NCBI GenBank assembly: GCA_037045155.1
Contig: JBAOIG010000002.1
Span: forward strand, 278,433 to 342,432
DNA from: Thermomicrobiales bacterium
GTDB lineage: Bacteria > Chloroflexota > Chloroflexia > Thermomicrobiales > CFX8
Direction of reading: 5' to 3'
Length of the DNA stretch: 64,000 nt
This document shows, one piece after another, positions 20,631 to 30,283 of the stretch; the stretch's first letter is position 1; each line of letters opens with the position of its first letter. The notes under the pieces are model-generated. The model was not told the DNA's origin. It did not search any database and was given only the letters and a program-made list of their open reading frames with translations. The position numbers and the translations under genes are program-made.

Positions 20631-22484
20631 GTGGGCACGGAATCAACTGTCTCGGAACTACTGGACGGCAAGAAAAAGCTCTCGCGCCGCAATGTGCTGC
20701 GGCTAGCAACGTTCGCCGCGGGCTCGGCCGTCGTTGGCACATTGCTGGCGGCGTGCGGCGGCAGCAGCAGCAACGATAAGGCAACCCAACCGGCTACCAG
20801 CGCCACGGCGCCTGCTTCTTCAACAGGTGCTGCGAGCGGCGGGGCCACTGCTCCTGCTGCGGCCACTACGGCAGGCGGCGCCAGCACACCGGCTGCGACC
20901 GTCGCACCACCACCGAGCGCTGGAAGTGGGCCTGATCCGGCCAAGATGGCCGCCGACCAGGTGATCCGCATCGCCAATCTCGAACCACAGAAGGTGGATC
21001 CGAACCTGACGGCGTCCGGCAACGAAGTCCAGGTGGTCATGCTTCTGTTCGATGGCCTGCTCGCGTTCGACCGCGACGCGAATGCGCTTCCGCTCTGTGC
21101 GGAAAAGTGGGAGATCTCAGCCGACGGGCTGGACTACACCTTCAAAATGCGATCGGGTGTGACATGGTCCGACGGCAGTAAGGTCACCGCGAAGGATTTC
21201 GAGTACTCGTTCAAGCGACTGGTTGATCCGGTGCTGGCATCGGAATACGCCCAGTCTGCGTTTCCCATCACGGGCGCTGAGGACTTCTTTAGCGGCAAGA
21301 GCACCGACGCCTCGACGATCGGTGTGTCGGCGGTCGACGAATCCACGCTTACGCTCAAGATGACAGGCCCAGCCGCGTATTTCCTTGCCGTCCTGGCTAC
21401 GTGGAACTTCATGCCGATTCCGAAGGCCGCAGTCGACAAGTTCGCCGAGAAATGGGTCGAGGCCGGAAATATTGTCACAAACGGGATGTACACGATGACA
21501 TCCTGGAAGCACGACCAGAGCATCGTGCTCGATATCAACAAGGACTACTGGGGTGAGAAGCCGTACCTGACGAGGGTTGAATACGTCATCACCCCCGATC
21601 CGTCCGCGACGAGCGTGGCGGCCTTCGAGAACAACGAGCTGGACGTGACCTACCCGGTGCCGGCCGGTGATGTGGACCGCATCCGTGGCGACGCGAAGCT
21701 GGGTCCACAATTCATCAAGTTCCTCGCGTCTGGGTCAACCTTCATCCTGTACGACTGTGCCAACAAGAACTCGCCGGCGAGCAACCCGGACGTCCGCAAT
21801 GCCATGTATCTGGCGATCGACCGCGAGAAGTTGGTCAGCGCAGGACTGAAGAATCTCTATGACCCAGCACCGCTGATGACGCCCCCGGGCATCAAGGGTC
21901 GCAACGAAGCCGCCATCCCGAAGGGCGGACCGGACGAGGCACGAAAGCTCCTCGAAAAGGCCGGCTATCCCGGAGGCAAAGGCTTCCCCAGCATGACACT
22001 GACCTGGCCGGTAAATCCGAATTACGACCTGGCAGCCCAGATCATCCAGCAGATGTGGAAGGACGAGCTGGGGATCGATGTCACACTTCAGCGGATGGAG
22101 GCAAAGGCACACCGTGCGTTCTTCGGATCGCTGAGCGACGAAAATATCCACTACGATTTCTATATCTGGGGCTGGGGCTCTGACTACGAAGACCCGTATA
22201 ACTGGTTCAATCTCCTCTGGGAGTCGAGTCAGGACTTCTATCGCACGCGCTGGAAGAACGATCAGTACGACAAGCTCGTGCAAGATGCTGCCGTCGAGCT
22301 CGACACCGACAAGCGCACCAAGCTCTATGAGCAGTCTGAAGTCATCCTGATGCAGGACATGCCAGTTGTCCCGCTCCATTACGCCGCGAACAACTTCCTG
22401 GTGCGTTCGACGGTGAAGGACATGGTATGGCGGCGCGTGGCCAACGAGCGCTTCCTGCACAAGGTTTGGATCTCCAAGGAATAA
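20631..22484 (+). CDS. ABC transporter substrate-binding lipoprotein, family 5 (peptide/nickel).
   Basis: GAAGGAGGGG RBS before GTG 20631. Tat-like motif SRRNVLRLA plus lipobox LLAACGG, then a Ser/Ala/Thr-rich linker. The body is typical of SBP_bac_5 (VTWSDG..VTAKDFEYSF.., YDFYIWGWGSDYEDP). Confidence 0.85.
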   Translation: MGTESTVSELLDGKKKLSRRNVLRLATFAAGSAVVGTLLAACGGSSSNDKATQPATSATAPASSTGAASGGATAPAAATTAGGASTPAATVAPPPSAGSGPDPAKMAADQVIRIANLEPQKVDPNLTASGNEVQVVMLLFDGLLAFDRDANALPLCAEKWEISADGLDYTFKMRSGVTWSDGSKVTAKDFEYSFKRLVDPVLASEYAQSAFPITGAEDFFSGKSTDASTIGVSAVDESTLTLKMTGPAAYFLAVLATWNFMPIPKAAVDKFAEKWVEAGNIVTNGMYTMTSWKHDQSIVLDINKDYWGEKPYLTRVEYVITPDPSATSVAAFENNELDVTYPVPAGDVDRIRGDAKLGPQFIKFLASGSTFILYDCANKNSPASNPDVRNAMYLAIDREKLVSAGLKNLYDPAPLMTPPGIKGRNEAAIPKGGPDEARKLLEKAGYPGGKGFPSMTLTWPVNPNYDLAAQIIQQMWKDELGIDVTLQRMEAKAHRAFFGSLSDENIHYDFYIWGWGSDYEDPYNWFNLLWESSQDFYRTRWKNDQYDKLVQDAAVELDTDKRTKLYEQSEVILMQDMPVVPLHYAANNFLVRSTVKDMVWRRVANERFLHKVWISKE

Positions 22485-22495
22485 GCGATCAGAAG

Positions 22496-22528
22496 CTCGG
22501 TCCCCCAAGCCTGGCTTGGGGGACCGAG
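22496..22528 (+). terminator. Perfect 15-bp stem-loop between the binding-protein gene and the peptidase genes.
   Basis: CTCGGTCCCCCAAGC-ctg-GCTTGGGGGACCGAG. No U-tract follows. It sits directly upstream of the GAGGAGGAGGGG RBS of the next gene. Confidence 0.5.
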
Positions 22529-22544
22529 CCTCTGAGGAGGAGGG

Positions 22545-23606
22545 GTGATGACAGAGCGCATCGACCGCGTGCGCGGGTTGCTTGCCGAGCGCGGCTATGA
22601 CGGGCTGATCGTCAGTAAGCCAGCCAACATCCGGTATCTTACCGGCGCAACCGGCACGGCAGCCGAACTGCTGGTAACCGCGAACGACCTGTTGTTGCTG
22701 AACAGCTTCGTGGATATCACCGAGAACGGTGAGACCGCGCCGGACGTGCCACAAGCAACCCGGACGAACTCAGCCGCGGACATGGCCACGGCGGTACATT
22801 CACGCGGACTCCAGCGGGTAGGGATCGAGACGCACCATCTGTCCCACGACACCTACATCACCTATCAGCAGTCGCTGGATGGGGTCGAGTTGTGTTCATC
22901 CGGAGGGATGGTCGAGGATCTGCGGGCCGTCAAGGATGAGGGCGAGATCGATCTGATCCAGCAGGGTATGCAGGTAAACGATCTCGGCGTTCAGTATGTC
23001 AGGGACCATGCTCGGGAAGGAATGACCGAGTTCGAGCTTGGTGTCGGGCTCGAGACTGCCATGCGTGAGGCGGGCGCCGACGGACTGGGCTTTCTCATTG
23101 TGCAGTTTGGCGAGAACGCCGCCAAGCCACACCATCGCTTCAGCCAGCGTGCGCTGAGGCAGGGCGACTTCATCCTCATCGACATCGGCGCTCTCCACCA
23201 GGGATATGGCTCTGACACAACGAGAACGCTCGTATTCGGTGAGCCGACCGAGCGCCAGCGCGCCGTCTATGAAGCGGTGCATCGCGCTCAGGCAGCAGCC
23301 CTTTCCGCTGTCCGTGCAGGAGTAACTGGCGAGAGTGTGCATCAGGCCTCGGCGGACGTGATCCGAGAGGCGGGGTACGCGGCCTACTACGGCCACGGTG
23401 TTGGCCACGCGATCAACGAGGGGCCACGCCTCGCGCCATCATCGACCGACATCCTTCGTCCGGGACACGTCGTCACGATCGAGCCGGGCATCTACATCGC
23501 CGAGTGGGGAGGGGTCCGCGTCGAAGACACGGTCGTTGTGACTGAGGGCGGATATCGAAATCTGGCGCGGTTCCCGAAGGACCTTACGATCATCTCAGCG
23601 CGATAA
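22545..23606 (+). CDS. M24-family Xaa-Pro peptidase (PepQ/PepP-like).
   Basis: Creatinase-like N-terminal domain plus the M24B core (DFILIDIGALHQGYGSDTTRT, GHGVGHAINEGP, EPGIY..GGVRVEDT). Confidence 0.85.
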   Translation: MMTERIDRVRGLLAERGYDGLIVSKPANIRYLTGATGTAAELLVTANDLLLLNSFVDITENGETAPDVPQATRTNSAADMATAVHSRGLQRVGIETHHLSHDTYITYQQSLDGVELCSSGGMVEDLRAVKDEGEIDLIQQGMQVNDLGVQYVRDHAREGMTEFELGVGLETAMREAGADGLGFLIVQFGENAAKPHHRFSQRALRQGDFILIDIGALHQGYGSDTTRTLVFGEPTERQRAVYEAVHRAQAAALSAVRAGVTGESVHQASADVIREAGYAAYYGHGVGHAINEGPRLAPSSTDILRPGHVVTIEPGIYIAEWGGVRVEDTVVVTEGGYRNLARFPKDLTIISAR

Positions 23607-23802
23607 TCCTCACACAGACCCGCTCACGTCGATTCCGTAGCAGGATCGGGGTGGGCGGGCTAGCGTGACGTGCGTAAGCAGCGCAGAGTGGATAGTGGTC
23701 TGAGATTGACGTCGGTCGCTGGGTCCCGACTGACACGACGATCCCCATCGGGGCCCAGCGACTGATGGGCGTCGCCTTGCGAACTTAGGAAGGTGGTACA
23801 TC

Positions 23803-24891
23803 ATGATTTCAGGTCGCGTTGAACGCGTAGCCAAGGAGCTTGCCCGCCGGGAGCTCGACGCCATTATCGTGACGGAGCCAACCAGCCGGTACTACCTGAC
23901 GGGCTGGAAGATGGACGATACGCAGGTCGGGGAGTTGGCATACTGGGTGCTGGCCGGTCCCGATAGCCTGACGATCCTGACCGGGCAGAATAACCTGTCC
24001 GAGGCGATCGAGGCAGCGCCAGGATCGAAGATCATCGGGATCGCACCTCAGGACCGTGGCAAGAACGCATCGATGATCGCGGCGCTCATTCAGGAGGCCG
24101 GCTACAAGCGCGTCGGTATCGACGATGTGCATCTGGGCGCCAACTACTATCTCCAACTCACCGAGTCGCTTCCTCCTCACATCGAACTGACGCCAGCCGC
24201 AGATCTCATCCGCACGGTTCGAGCGGTGAAAGAGCCGGGCGAGATTGAGCTACTGCGCGAAGCGATCCGGCTGACGGACGAGGCTTACATGGCGCTGCGC
24301 GAGTGGATTACCGCGGGGACGACCGAGAAGCAGGTGGCGTGGTTCCTGGAGCGACACATGCGTGATCGCGGCGCCGACGGCATCGGCTTCGGGACGATCG
24401 TCGCGGCTGGGCCGGCCGGCGCGGTGCCACACCATGAGCCGACCGACCGGCCGATTGAGGCGGGAGAACCGGTGGTTCTCGACTTCGGAGGAACCTACGA
24501 AGGCTACACGGCCGATCTCACACGGACATTCTGTATTGGTGAGCCACGCGATCAGCAACTCATCGACATCCACACGGCGGTGCTCGCGTCACTCACCAGA
24601 GGGATGGCGGCCCTGCGCGCCGGGGATCGCTGCGACGGACCTACGGCAGTGGCCACCCATGAGGTGGAAAGTCGGGGGTTTACCGTGAGCCATCCGGGCG
24701 GGCACGGGATCGGACTTCAGATCCACGAGCTTCCCAGTGGCCCGATGGTCCTCCGGGAGAACATGGTGATGACATTCGAGCCGGCAGTCTATATTGACGG
24801 CTGGGGCGGGGTTCGGATCGAGGACAACGTCCTGATCACGGCAGATGGTCCAGTCGTTCTCACAATGAGCCCGCATGACCTCGTCATCTGA
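23803..24891 (+). CDS. Second M24-family Xaa-Pro peptidase.
   Basis: AGGAAGGTGG RBS. Motifs VVLDFGGTYEGYTADLTRT, GHGIGLQIHELP and EPAVY..GGVRIEDN. Confidence 0.85.
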   Translation: MISGRVERVAKELARRELDAIIVTEPTSRYYLTGWKMDDTQVGELAYWVLAGPDSLTILTGQNNLSEAIEAAPGSKIIGIAPQDRGKNASMIAALIQEAGYKRVGIDDVHLGANYYLQLTESLPPHIELTPAADLIRTVRAVKEPGEIELLREAIRLTDEAYMALREWITAGTTEKQVAWFLERHMRDRGADGIGFGTIVAAGPAGAVPHHEPTDRPIEAGEPVVLDFGGTYEGYTADLTRTFCIGEPRDQQLIDIHTAVLASLTRGMAALRAGDRCDGPTAVATHEVESRGFTVSHPGGHGIGLQIHELPSGPMVLRENMVMTFEPAVYIDGWGGVRIEDNVLITADGPVVLTMSPHDLVI

Positions 24892-24936
24892 GGACTTGTA
24901 CGGCAATTGAGCAAGAAAGGCTGGCTGGAGATCCGG

Positions 24937-26973
24937 ATGAATGCCACCAAGCACACGATTGAGGCTCGCGATCTCTATCATCTCGAAATTGCCCATACGG
25001 TCGCAGTCTCACCAGATGGACAATGGGCAGCGTTCACCGTGTTGCGGCCGGACGAAGCAACTAACCGTAATCAGTACGATCTCCTGATCGTCCCAGTTGA
25101 CGGCACGGGCAGCCCTCAACCGCTGGTGCAGGGTGGTTCGCACGATCCGGCGCCATCCTGGTCGCTGTGCAGCCAGCATCTCGCCTACCTTGCCGATCAC
25201 GAGGGCGTGATACAGGTCTGGACCATCGAGCGAGCGAGCGGAAAGACGCGACGCGTCACTCATAGCACCGTCAATGTCAGCAATCCGCTCTGGTCACCGG
25301 ATAGCGCTCACATTGCCTGGGTTGCCAGCGTCCCGTCCGTTGCTGCGCCTGCCGGCCCGACGGGTGGCAGCGACCTCGGCGGCCAGCCACGGGTGATCCT
25401 CCGTGCGCGCTACAAGTTCGACGGCATGGGCTGGTTTGGCCAGTCACGCAGCCAGCTGTTTGTCTCCACACTCGACATGCCGGAAGCCAACGCGCGACAA
25501 CTGACGTACGAACCGGCTGGAATCTCTCAGCCGATCTGGGCGGCAGAACGAGGCACGTCGATCGGAGGGCCAGCATGGTCGCCGAATGGGTCGCAGCTCG
25601 CGTACACCACCAGCACGAATGAAGACGAAGAGCTGGACAGCCGGTGCGATGTCTGGACGGTCGATATCGCTACCGGTGATCGAACCAGGATCACTCCAAA
25701 TGACGGCCTGTACGGATGTCCCGCCTGGTCTCCGGATGGCACGCGACTGGCGGTCGTCGGCGCACGACTGCCGAAGCGTGGAGGCTCGAACTCTCTCATA
25801 TGGACCGTGCCGGCCGGCGGCGGTGAGTTGACCCTAGCGAGCCAGGCAGATATCTGCGCCGGCGCGCTTCTGTTGGCCGACGCGGGCGCGCCGACACGCG
25901 TACAGCCACAATGGATCGGCGACTGGATCTACTTCAGCGCCGGATTCGAGGGAACTGTCCAGATCTTCCGCACGCCTTCGGCCGGTGGCCAGCCGGAGAT
26001 GGTAACGACCCAGCAACACGCGCTCGGGAGTTGGTCGATCGATCGAGGCGGCACAACGCTCGTGTACGCCGCGACGACAGCCTCCAGCCCCGGCCAGGTG
26101 TTCTGCCAACGGCTGGATACTCTCGAGGCGCCTCATCCATTAACGGCACTCAACTACGAGATACTGTCGACTGTGGCGCTTGCCGAGCCTGAGTCATTCT
26201 GGACAACATCAACTGATGGATCCGAAACCCGAGTTCAGGGCTGGATACTGAAGCCCCCTGACTTTGATGAGACGAAGACATATCCGCTCATCCTCCAGGT
26301 CCACGGTGGGCCACACTGCGCCTATGGCGCAAGCTGGTATCTTGAGTTTCAGTATCTCGTGGCGCACGGATACGTCATTGTCTTCTCCAACCCACGCGGG
26401 TCCAGCAACTACGGTGAGGAGTTTGCGACCAGCATCTACCTTGACTGGGGCGTCAAACCGATGGCCGACGTGCTCGCCGCGCTGGACTACGCCATTGATC
26501 ATGTTGCCATCGATCCAGAGCGGATTTATGTGGCCGGCGGGTCATATGGCGGATATCTGGTCAACTGGATCGTGACTCATACCGATCGTTTCCGAGCGGC
26601 AGTGACGGGACGCTGCGTCTCCGACCTTCAGACGCTGGCGCTCGCCAGCGACAACGGGACTCTCTGGATGGCGGAGTACTTCGGCGGGATGCCCTGGGAG
26701 ATGCCGGAGGTATATGAATCTGGCTCGCCAATCCGCCACATCGCCAACGCTGTGACTCCGCTCCTCATCGAGCATCAGGAGCAGGACATGCGCTGCACGA
26801 TGGATCAGGCCGAGCAGATGTACAACGCGCTTCGGTTCCTGGGCGTCGAGACGGAGATGGTGATCTATCCCGGGGAATCCCACGGGATGAGCCGGGGCGG
26901 CCGGCCGAGTCACCGCGTTGATCGACTGGAACGCATCCTCGACTGGTTCGAGCGACACGGGGGATCTGGTTGA
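24937..26973 (+). CDS. S9-family serine peptidase (prolyl oligopeptidase/acylaminoacyl-peptidase type) with an N-terminal TolB-like propeller.
   Basis: Repeated (S/A)WSPDG motifs in the N-terminal half. The C-terminal alpha/beta fold has the nucleophile motif GGSYGGY. The ORF also opens at TTG 24907. Confidence 0.85.
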   Translation: MNATKHTIEARDLYHLEIAHTVAVSPDGQWAAFTVLRPDEATNRNQYDLLIVPVDGTGSPQPLVQGGSHDPAPSWSLCSQHLAYLADHEGVIQVWTIERASGKTRRVTHSTVNVSNPLWSPDSAHIAWVASVPSVAAPAGPTGGSDLGGQPRVILRARYKFDGMGWFGQSRSQLFVSTLDMPEANARQLTYEPAGISQPIWAAERGTSIGGPAWSPNGSQLAYTTSTNEDEELDSRCDVWTVDIATGDRTRITPNDGLYGCPAWSPDGTRLAVVGARLPKRGGSNSLIWTVPAGGGELTLASQADICAGALLLADAGAPTRVQPQWIGDWIYFSAGFEGTVQIFRTPSAGGQPEMVTTQQHALGSWSIDRGGTTLVYAATTASSPGQVFCQRLDTLEAPHPLTALNYEILSTVALAEPESFWTTSTDGSETRVQGWILKPPDFDETKTYPLILQVHGGPHCAYGASWYLEFQYLVAHGYVIVFSNPRGSSNYGEEFATSIYLDWGVKPMADVLAALDYAIDHVAIDPERIYVAGGSYGGYLVNWIVTHTDRFRAAVTGRCVSDLQTLALASDNGTLWMAEYFGGMPWEMPEVYESGSPIRHIANAVTPLLIEHQEQDMRCTMDQAEQMYNALRFLGVETEMVIYPGESHGMSRGGRPSHRVDRLERILDWFERHGGSG

Positions 26974-27076
26974 TCGTGATCCCTATGCCCCACATACCGC
27001 GTCCCTCGGTTACAATGCAGACGACGCACGGCTCGGTGGTCGCGGGACGACAGGCGGAAGACAGGGGTGGGAGTCG

Positions 27077-27961
27077 ATGGCCTATCGCTTCATGCTGGAC
27101 GTGCCAGAGGCGGCACATGACGACGCCAAGACGGCGATCGAGAGTGTGCGCAACGCACAGATCCTGATCGACCGGCATCCGCGCCCACACACGCCCGACC
27201 CGGTCGTGACCGAGGCGGATGTCTTCGACAGCCGCGCCGAGCTCACCGTCGTCGCCCACACACTCGATGTCATCGACGCGCTCTACCACTGGATGGGCGA
27301 GCGGGAGATCAACACCGACGTGTACGTCGATGCCCACAAGGGCGGCAAGCTGCACCTGCCCGACTACACCGCCCCGGAGCTACGCGCGATCATTCAGGGC
27401 GACCAGTACTGGTTCGCCAATACGATGCCGAAGATCCACTATCCACCGGATGTCCTGATGGAGGGAGGGGCGCTCGTGTCTGAAGTCCCGTATGGCGGCC
27501 GCGCCGCGAGCTCTGCGATCGTGCCGGCCGAGACTCAGGTCGCGCTAGGCGGAATCGATCACGTCGCCGTCCGCGTCCGCGACATGGCCAAGGCCGAGGC
27601 GTGGTATCGCGACTTCTTCGGGATGGACATCATCTACCGCGCTCGCCGCGCGCACGACCGCTGGCAGCATCTGCCGGCCGACTATAGCTGGGACGCAGGC
27701 GTCCACAGCGGCATCGAGCCAGAGATCGTCCGACTGGAGAATGGCCCGATCGCGATTGTGCTGATCAACGCCGGCATGGGCGCAGTGATGCACGAAAACC
27801 GCGTCGCCCACCTCAGCCTGAACGCGCCAATCGAGACCGTCAACGCCGTCCGCGGACGAGCGCTCTTCGCATCCTTCACGGTTATCGAAGATACGGCGCG
27901 CTCGTTTGGCTTCGTCGATCCGTTCGGGATTACCTGGCAGTTGATCGCAAGCAGCAGCTGA
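27077..27961 (+). CDS. Protein with an unknown N-terminal domain and a C-terminal VOC/glyoxalase domain.
   Basis: The C-terminus GIDHVAVRVRDMAKAEAWYRDFFGMD...FVDPFGITWQLI is VOC-like. GGGGTGGGA lies before ATG 27077. The ORF opens at 26918 but would then overlap the S9 gene. Confidence 0.6.
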   Translation: MAYRFMLDVPEAAHDDAKTAIESVRNAQILIDRHPRPHTPDPVVTEADVFDSRAELTVVAHTLDVIDALYHWMGEREINTDVYVDAHKGGKLHLPDYTAPELRAIIQGDQYWFANTMPKIHYPPDVLMEGGALVSEVPYGGRAASSAIVPAETQVALGGIDHVAVRVRDMAKAEAWYRDFFGMDIIYRARRAHDRWQHLPADYSWDAGVHSGIEPEIVRLENGPIAIVLINAGMGAVMHENRVAHLSLNAPIETVNAVRGRALFASFTVIEDTARSFGFVDPFGITWQLIASSS

Positions 27962-27976
27962 GACAAACGATCTACG

Positions 27977-27999
27977 GGGCGGCCAGGCTGGCCGCCCCG
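27977..27999 (+). terminator. GC-rich stem-loop after the VOC gene.
   Basis: GGGGCGGCC-aggct-GGCCGCCCC, 16 nt after the stop. No clear U-tract. Confidence 0.4.
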
Positions 28000-28029
28000 C
28001 CCACGTCCGACTCGTAGCGAAGGCGAGAT

Positions 28030-28458
28030 ATGCTAGACGATTACCGCGAACTGATCGACCTCCTGGCACGAGCGCCGCAGCAGCTTGCAGCGGCAGCGAA
28101 GACGGCGGGCGAGCCGGCCAGCGGAGTCTGCGGCCGTCTTGTCATGTCAGAACGGCTCTATCTCGGCTGGCTCAACGAACTTTTCCAACGCACCGATCCG
28201 CTGCTACGTTCGCCAAACCTCGCCCACCTCGCCGAGCAGGAACGCCTCCAGCAACAGCCCGCAGCCGACAGTCTGGCCACATTCAGCGACTCGCGTGGCG
28301 ACACAATCTCGCTGCTGATGGGCCTCTCGCTGCGCGACTGGGAGCGCACCGGTATCCTCGAGGAAGAGGGGCGTGAGGTGACACTGTCCGGGCTGGTCGA
28401 GGCATTGGTTGACCTCGACGCCGATCATCTGGCAGAGCTGCAACAACTGGCCGGCTAG
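28030..28458 (+). CDS. Hypothetical protein (possibly DinB-like four-helix bundle).
   Basis: Intact 142-aa ORF of helical character with no diagnostic motif. The DinB-like call is weak. Confidence 0.4.
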   Translation: MLDDYRELIDLLARAPQQLAAAAKTAGEPASGVCGRLVMSERLYLGWLNELFQRTDPLLRSPNLAHLAEQERLQQQPAADSLATFSDSRGDTISLLMGLSLRDWERTGILEEEGREVTLSGLVEALVDLDADHLAELQQLAG

Positions 28459-28682
28459 CCGGCGCATCGAGATTGCTCACAACGGACCGCGGGACGGGGG
28501 AGCAGGACCAGATGGGGGGGCGGAGGCCGCGCCGACGTGCAGGACGCGCGGCCACCGCAAGAGGAGTGAGTGAGACCGGCCAACCGGGAGTGGGGCCCGG
28601 AAGGCCAGGGAAGCAGAGGCACCGTCGGGTCGAAAGGCCCGCGGCCGGCGGCAGCGTCGGTGGGGTACTCCGCTGACCGGTG

Positions 28683-28711
28683 GGACCCGCTATCGCGGGT
28701 CCTTTCCTTTT
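28683..28711 (+). terminator. Canonical intrinsic terminator with no ORF in front of it.
   Basis: GGACCCGC-tatc-GCGGGTCC followed by TTTCCTTTT. It lies 225 nt downstream of the nearest same-strand stop (28458). Confidence 0.6.
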
Positions 28712-28895
28712 CCGCGCGAACAGCAGGCCGCCGCGACGATGATCTCCAGAATAGCACGCATGTTCTAGTCCGTCAACTCGCTGGCGCGGATTGTTGGCGC
28801 GTTCGTACGCTGATCCCGGGATTCCGGCGACTAGCGCACCCGATCCGCTCCGGCGCGTTACTATGCCCGGGTTCGATGCGGAGAGGGGCAGGGGA

Positions 28896-29942
28896 ATGAA
28901 CAAGGTCGTTCGGGTCGGAGTAATCGGAACCGGGTTTGGAGCGCACCACATCGAGGTGTTGCGGCAGTTGCCGGATGTCGAGGTCGTCGGGGTAGCGTCG
29001 GCCCAGCCGGCGCGAGCGGAGGCAGTGGCCGAGCGCTACGGCGTCCCGCTGGCAACCGGCGACTACCGCGAGCTGCTGCCGCGCGTGGATGCCGTCGTGA
29101 TCGCGACCCCGCCGGCGCTGCATGCTCCGATGGCCATCGACGCCGCCAGCGCTGGCGTGCATATCTTCTGTGAGAAGCCAACGGCAGCGTCGCTGGCCGA
29201 GGCGCGGTCGATATACGCAGCGGTCGAGCAGGCCGGCGTTGTCGGCATGGTCAACTTCCACCAACGCTTCATGGCCCACTGGCGGCGTGCTCACGATCTC
29301 GTCACCGAGGGGGCGATCGGCAGGCTGGCGGTGGCCGATATGCGGGTGACGATGAATCCGGTCGAGTACCTCGCCTCACCGTTGTGGAGCGACTCGAAGG
29401 CCGGCTGGTTCGCCGATGCTGCTCAGTCGGGCGGGCTACTGGCCAGCTCGGTCGGGCCACACCTTGTCGACATGATGCGCTGGATCGGCGGGCCGGTCTC
29501 CGAGGTTGCGGCGCGGACAATCACGTCGAGAACCGAGATCCCGCTGACCGGTGGCGGGACACGTGGCGATGTCGATGCCGATGACGGATTCATCATCCTC
29601 GGCCGCTACGAGAGCGGGGCGCTGCTGACCATCCGTGGCGAGCCGGTGACCTACGGTGGCAACGAGTGGGACATGGCGCTCCACGGCGACGAGGGCTCAC
29701 TGATCGTCGCCGGGAGCGAGCTGAGGCTGGGACGGTCCGGCGACCCGAGCCCGCTGGTCATCGACCAGCCGGCCGCCGTCAACCCCCGGCTGGCCATCGC
29801 CGGACGATTCATCGACGCTGCGCGGGCCGGCGGTCCGTCGCCCGAGCCGGACCTCGCCGATGGCGTCGCCGCCCAGGGGTTGCTCGACGCTGCCCTTCAC
29901 GCCGCGCGATCCAACCAATGGGTTCGGGTCGAGGCTCGCTAG
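28896..29942 (+). CDS. Gfo/Idh/MocA-family NAD(P)-dependent oxidoreductase.
   Basis: N-terminal Rossmann motif VRVGVIGTGFGAHHIEVLRQLPDVEVVGVAS, and CEKP after beta5. ATG 28896 preferred. Confidence 0.85.
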   Translation: MNKVVRVGVIGTGFGAHHIEVLRQLPDVEVVGVASAQPARAEAVAERYGVPLATGDYRELLPRVDAVVIATPPALHAPMAIDAASAGVHIFCEKPTAASLAEARSIYAAVEQAGVVGMVNFHQRFMAHWRRAHDLVTEGAIGRLAVADMRVTMNPVEYLASPLWSDSKAGWFADAAQSGGLLASSVGPHLVDMMRWIGGPVSEVAARTITSRTEIPLTGGGTRGDVDADDGFIILGRYESGALLTIRGEPVTYGGNEWDMALHGDEGSLIVAGSELRLGRSGDPSPLVIDQPAAVNPRLAIAGRFIDAARAGGPSPEPDLADGVAAQGLLDAALHAARSNQWVRVEAR

Positions 29943-30283
29943 CGCAGCCGTTCGCAGTGGATACGCACCGCGCCGGCGATCAGGGTGAATCGGTCGCCAT
30001 CCGCGATGAACTGGCGCGGCAGCCGCTTGCCAACGTTGGCCGGGTCGGCGTGCATCGCCGGGATGTGGAAGACGGTGTCACCCTCGACTTCGTAGTTGCC
30101 ACAGTACTGGACACCGCCGGCCGAGCCGTCGGGCGCGGTGAAGGAGAACGCCTCGGCGAACCAGCCGCCAGCGTCGTAGAGCAGAAATCCGTGCGGCCCT
30201 TCGTTGCGCAGCAGCGCGCCATCCGCCCCCGGCCGCTCGATCGCCACCATGTTCCAGATTCCGACGATGCCGTTGTCTGCCAT
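29939..30283 (-). CDS. Lipocalin-like domain protein.
   Basis: GIVGIWNMVAIERPG...GFLLYDAGGWF...YCGNYEVEGDTVFH pattern of the bacterial lipocalin-like (PF13924-type) domain. GGAGGAGGG RBS. Confidence 0.6.
   Translation of the reverse strand: MADNGIVGIWNMVAIERPGADGALLRNEGPHGFLLYDAGGWFAEAFSFTAPDGSAGGVQYCGNYEVEGDTVFHIPAMHADPANVGKRLPRQFIADGDRFTLIAGAVRIHCERLR

Noticed and set aside
28570-28640. SRP (4.5S) RNA, because of CCCGGAAGG...GGGAAGCAGAGG.
   Set aside because: It does not reproduce the conserved GGUCCGGAAGGAAGCAGCC helix-8 sequence, and the flanking bases cannot form the closing pairs around a GGAA tetraloop. I have left it as an unassigned candidate RNA only.
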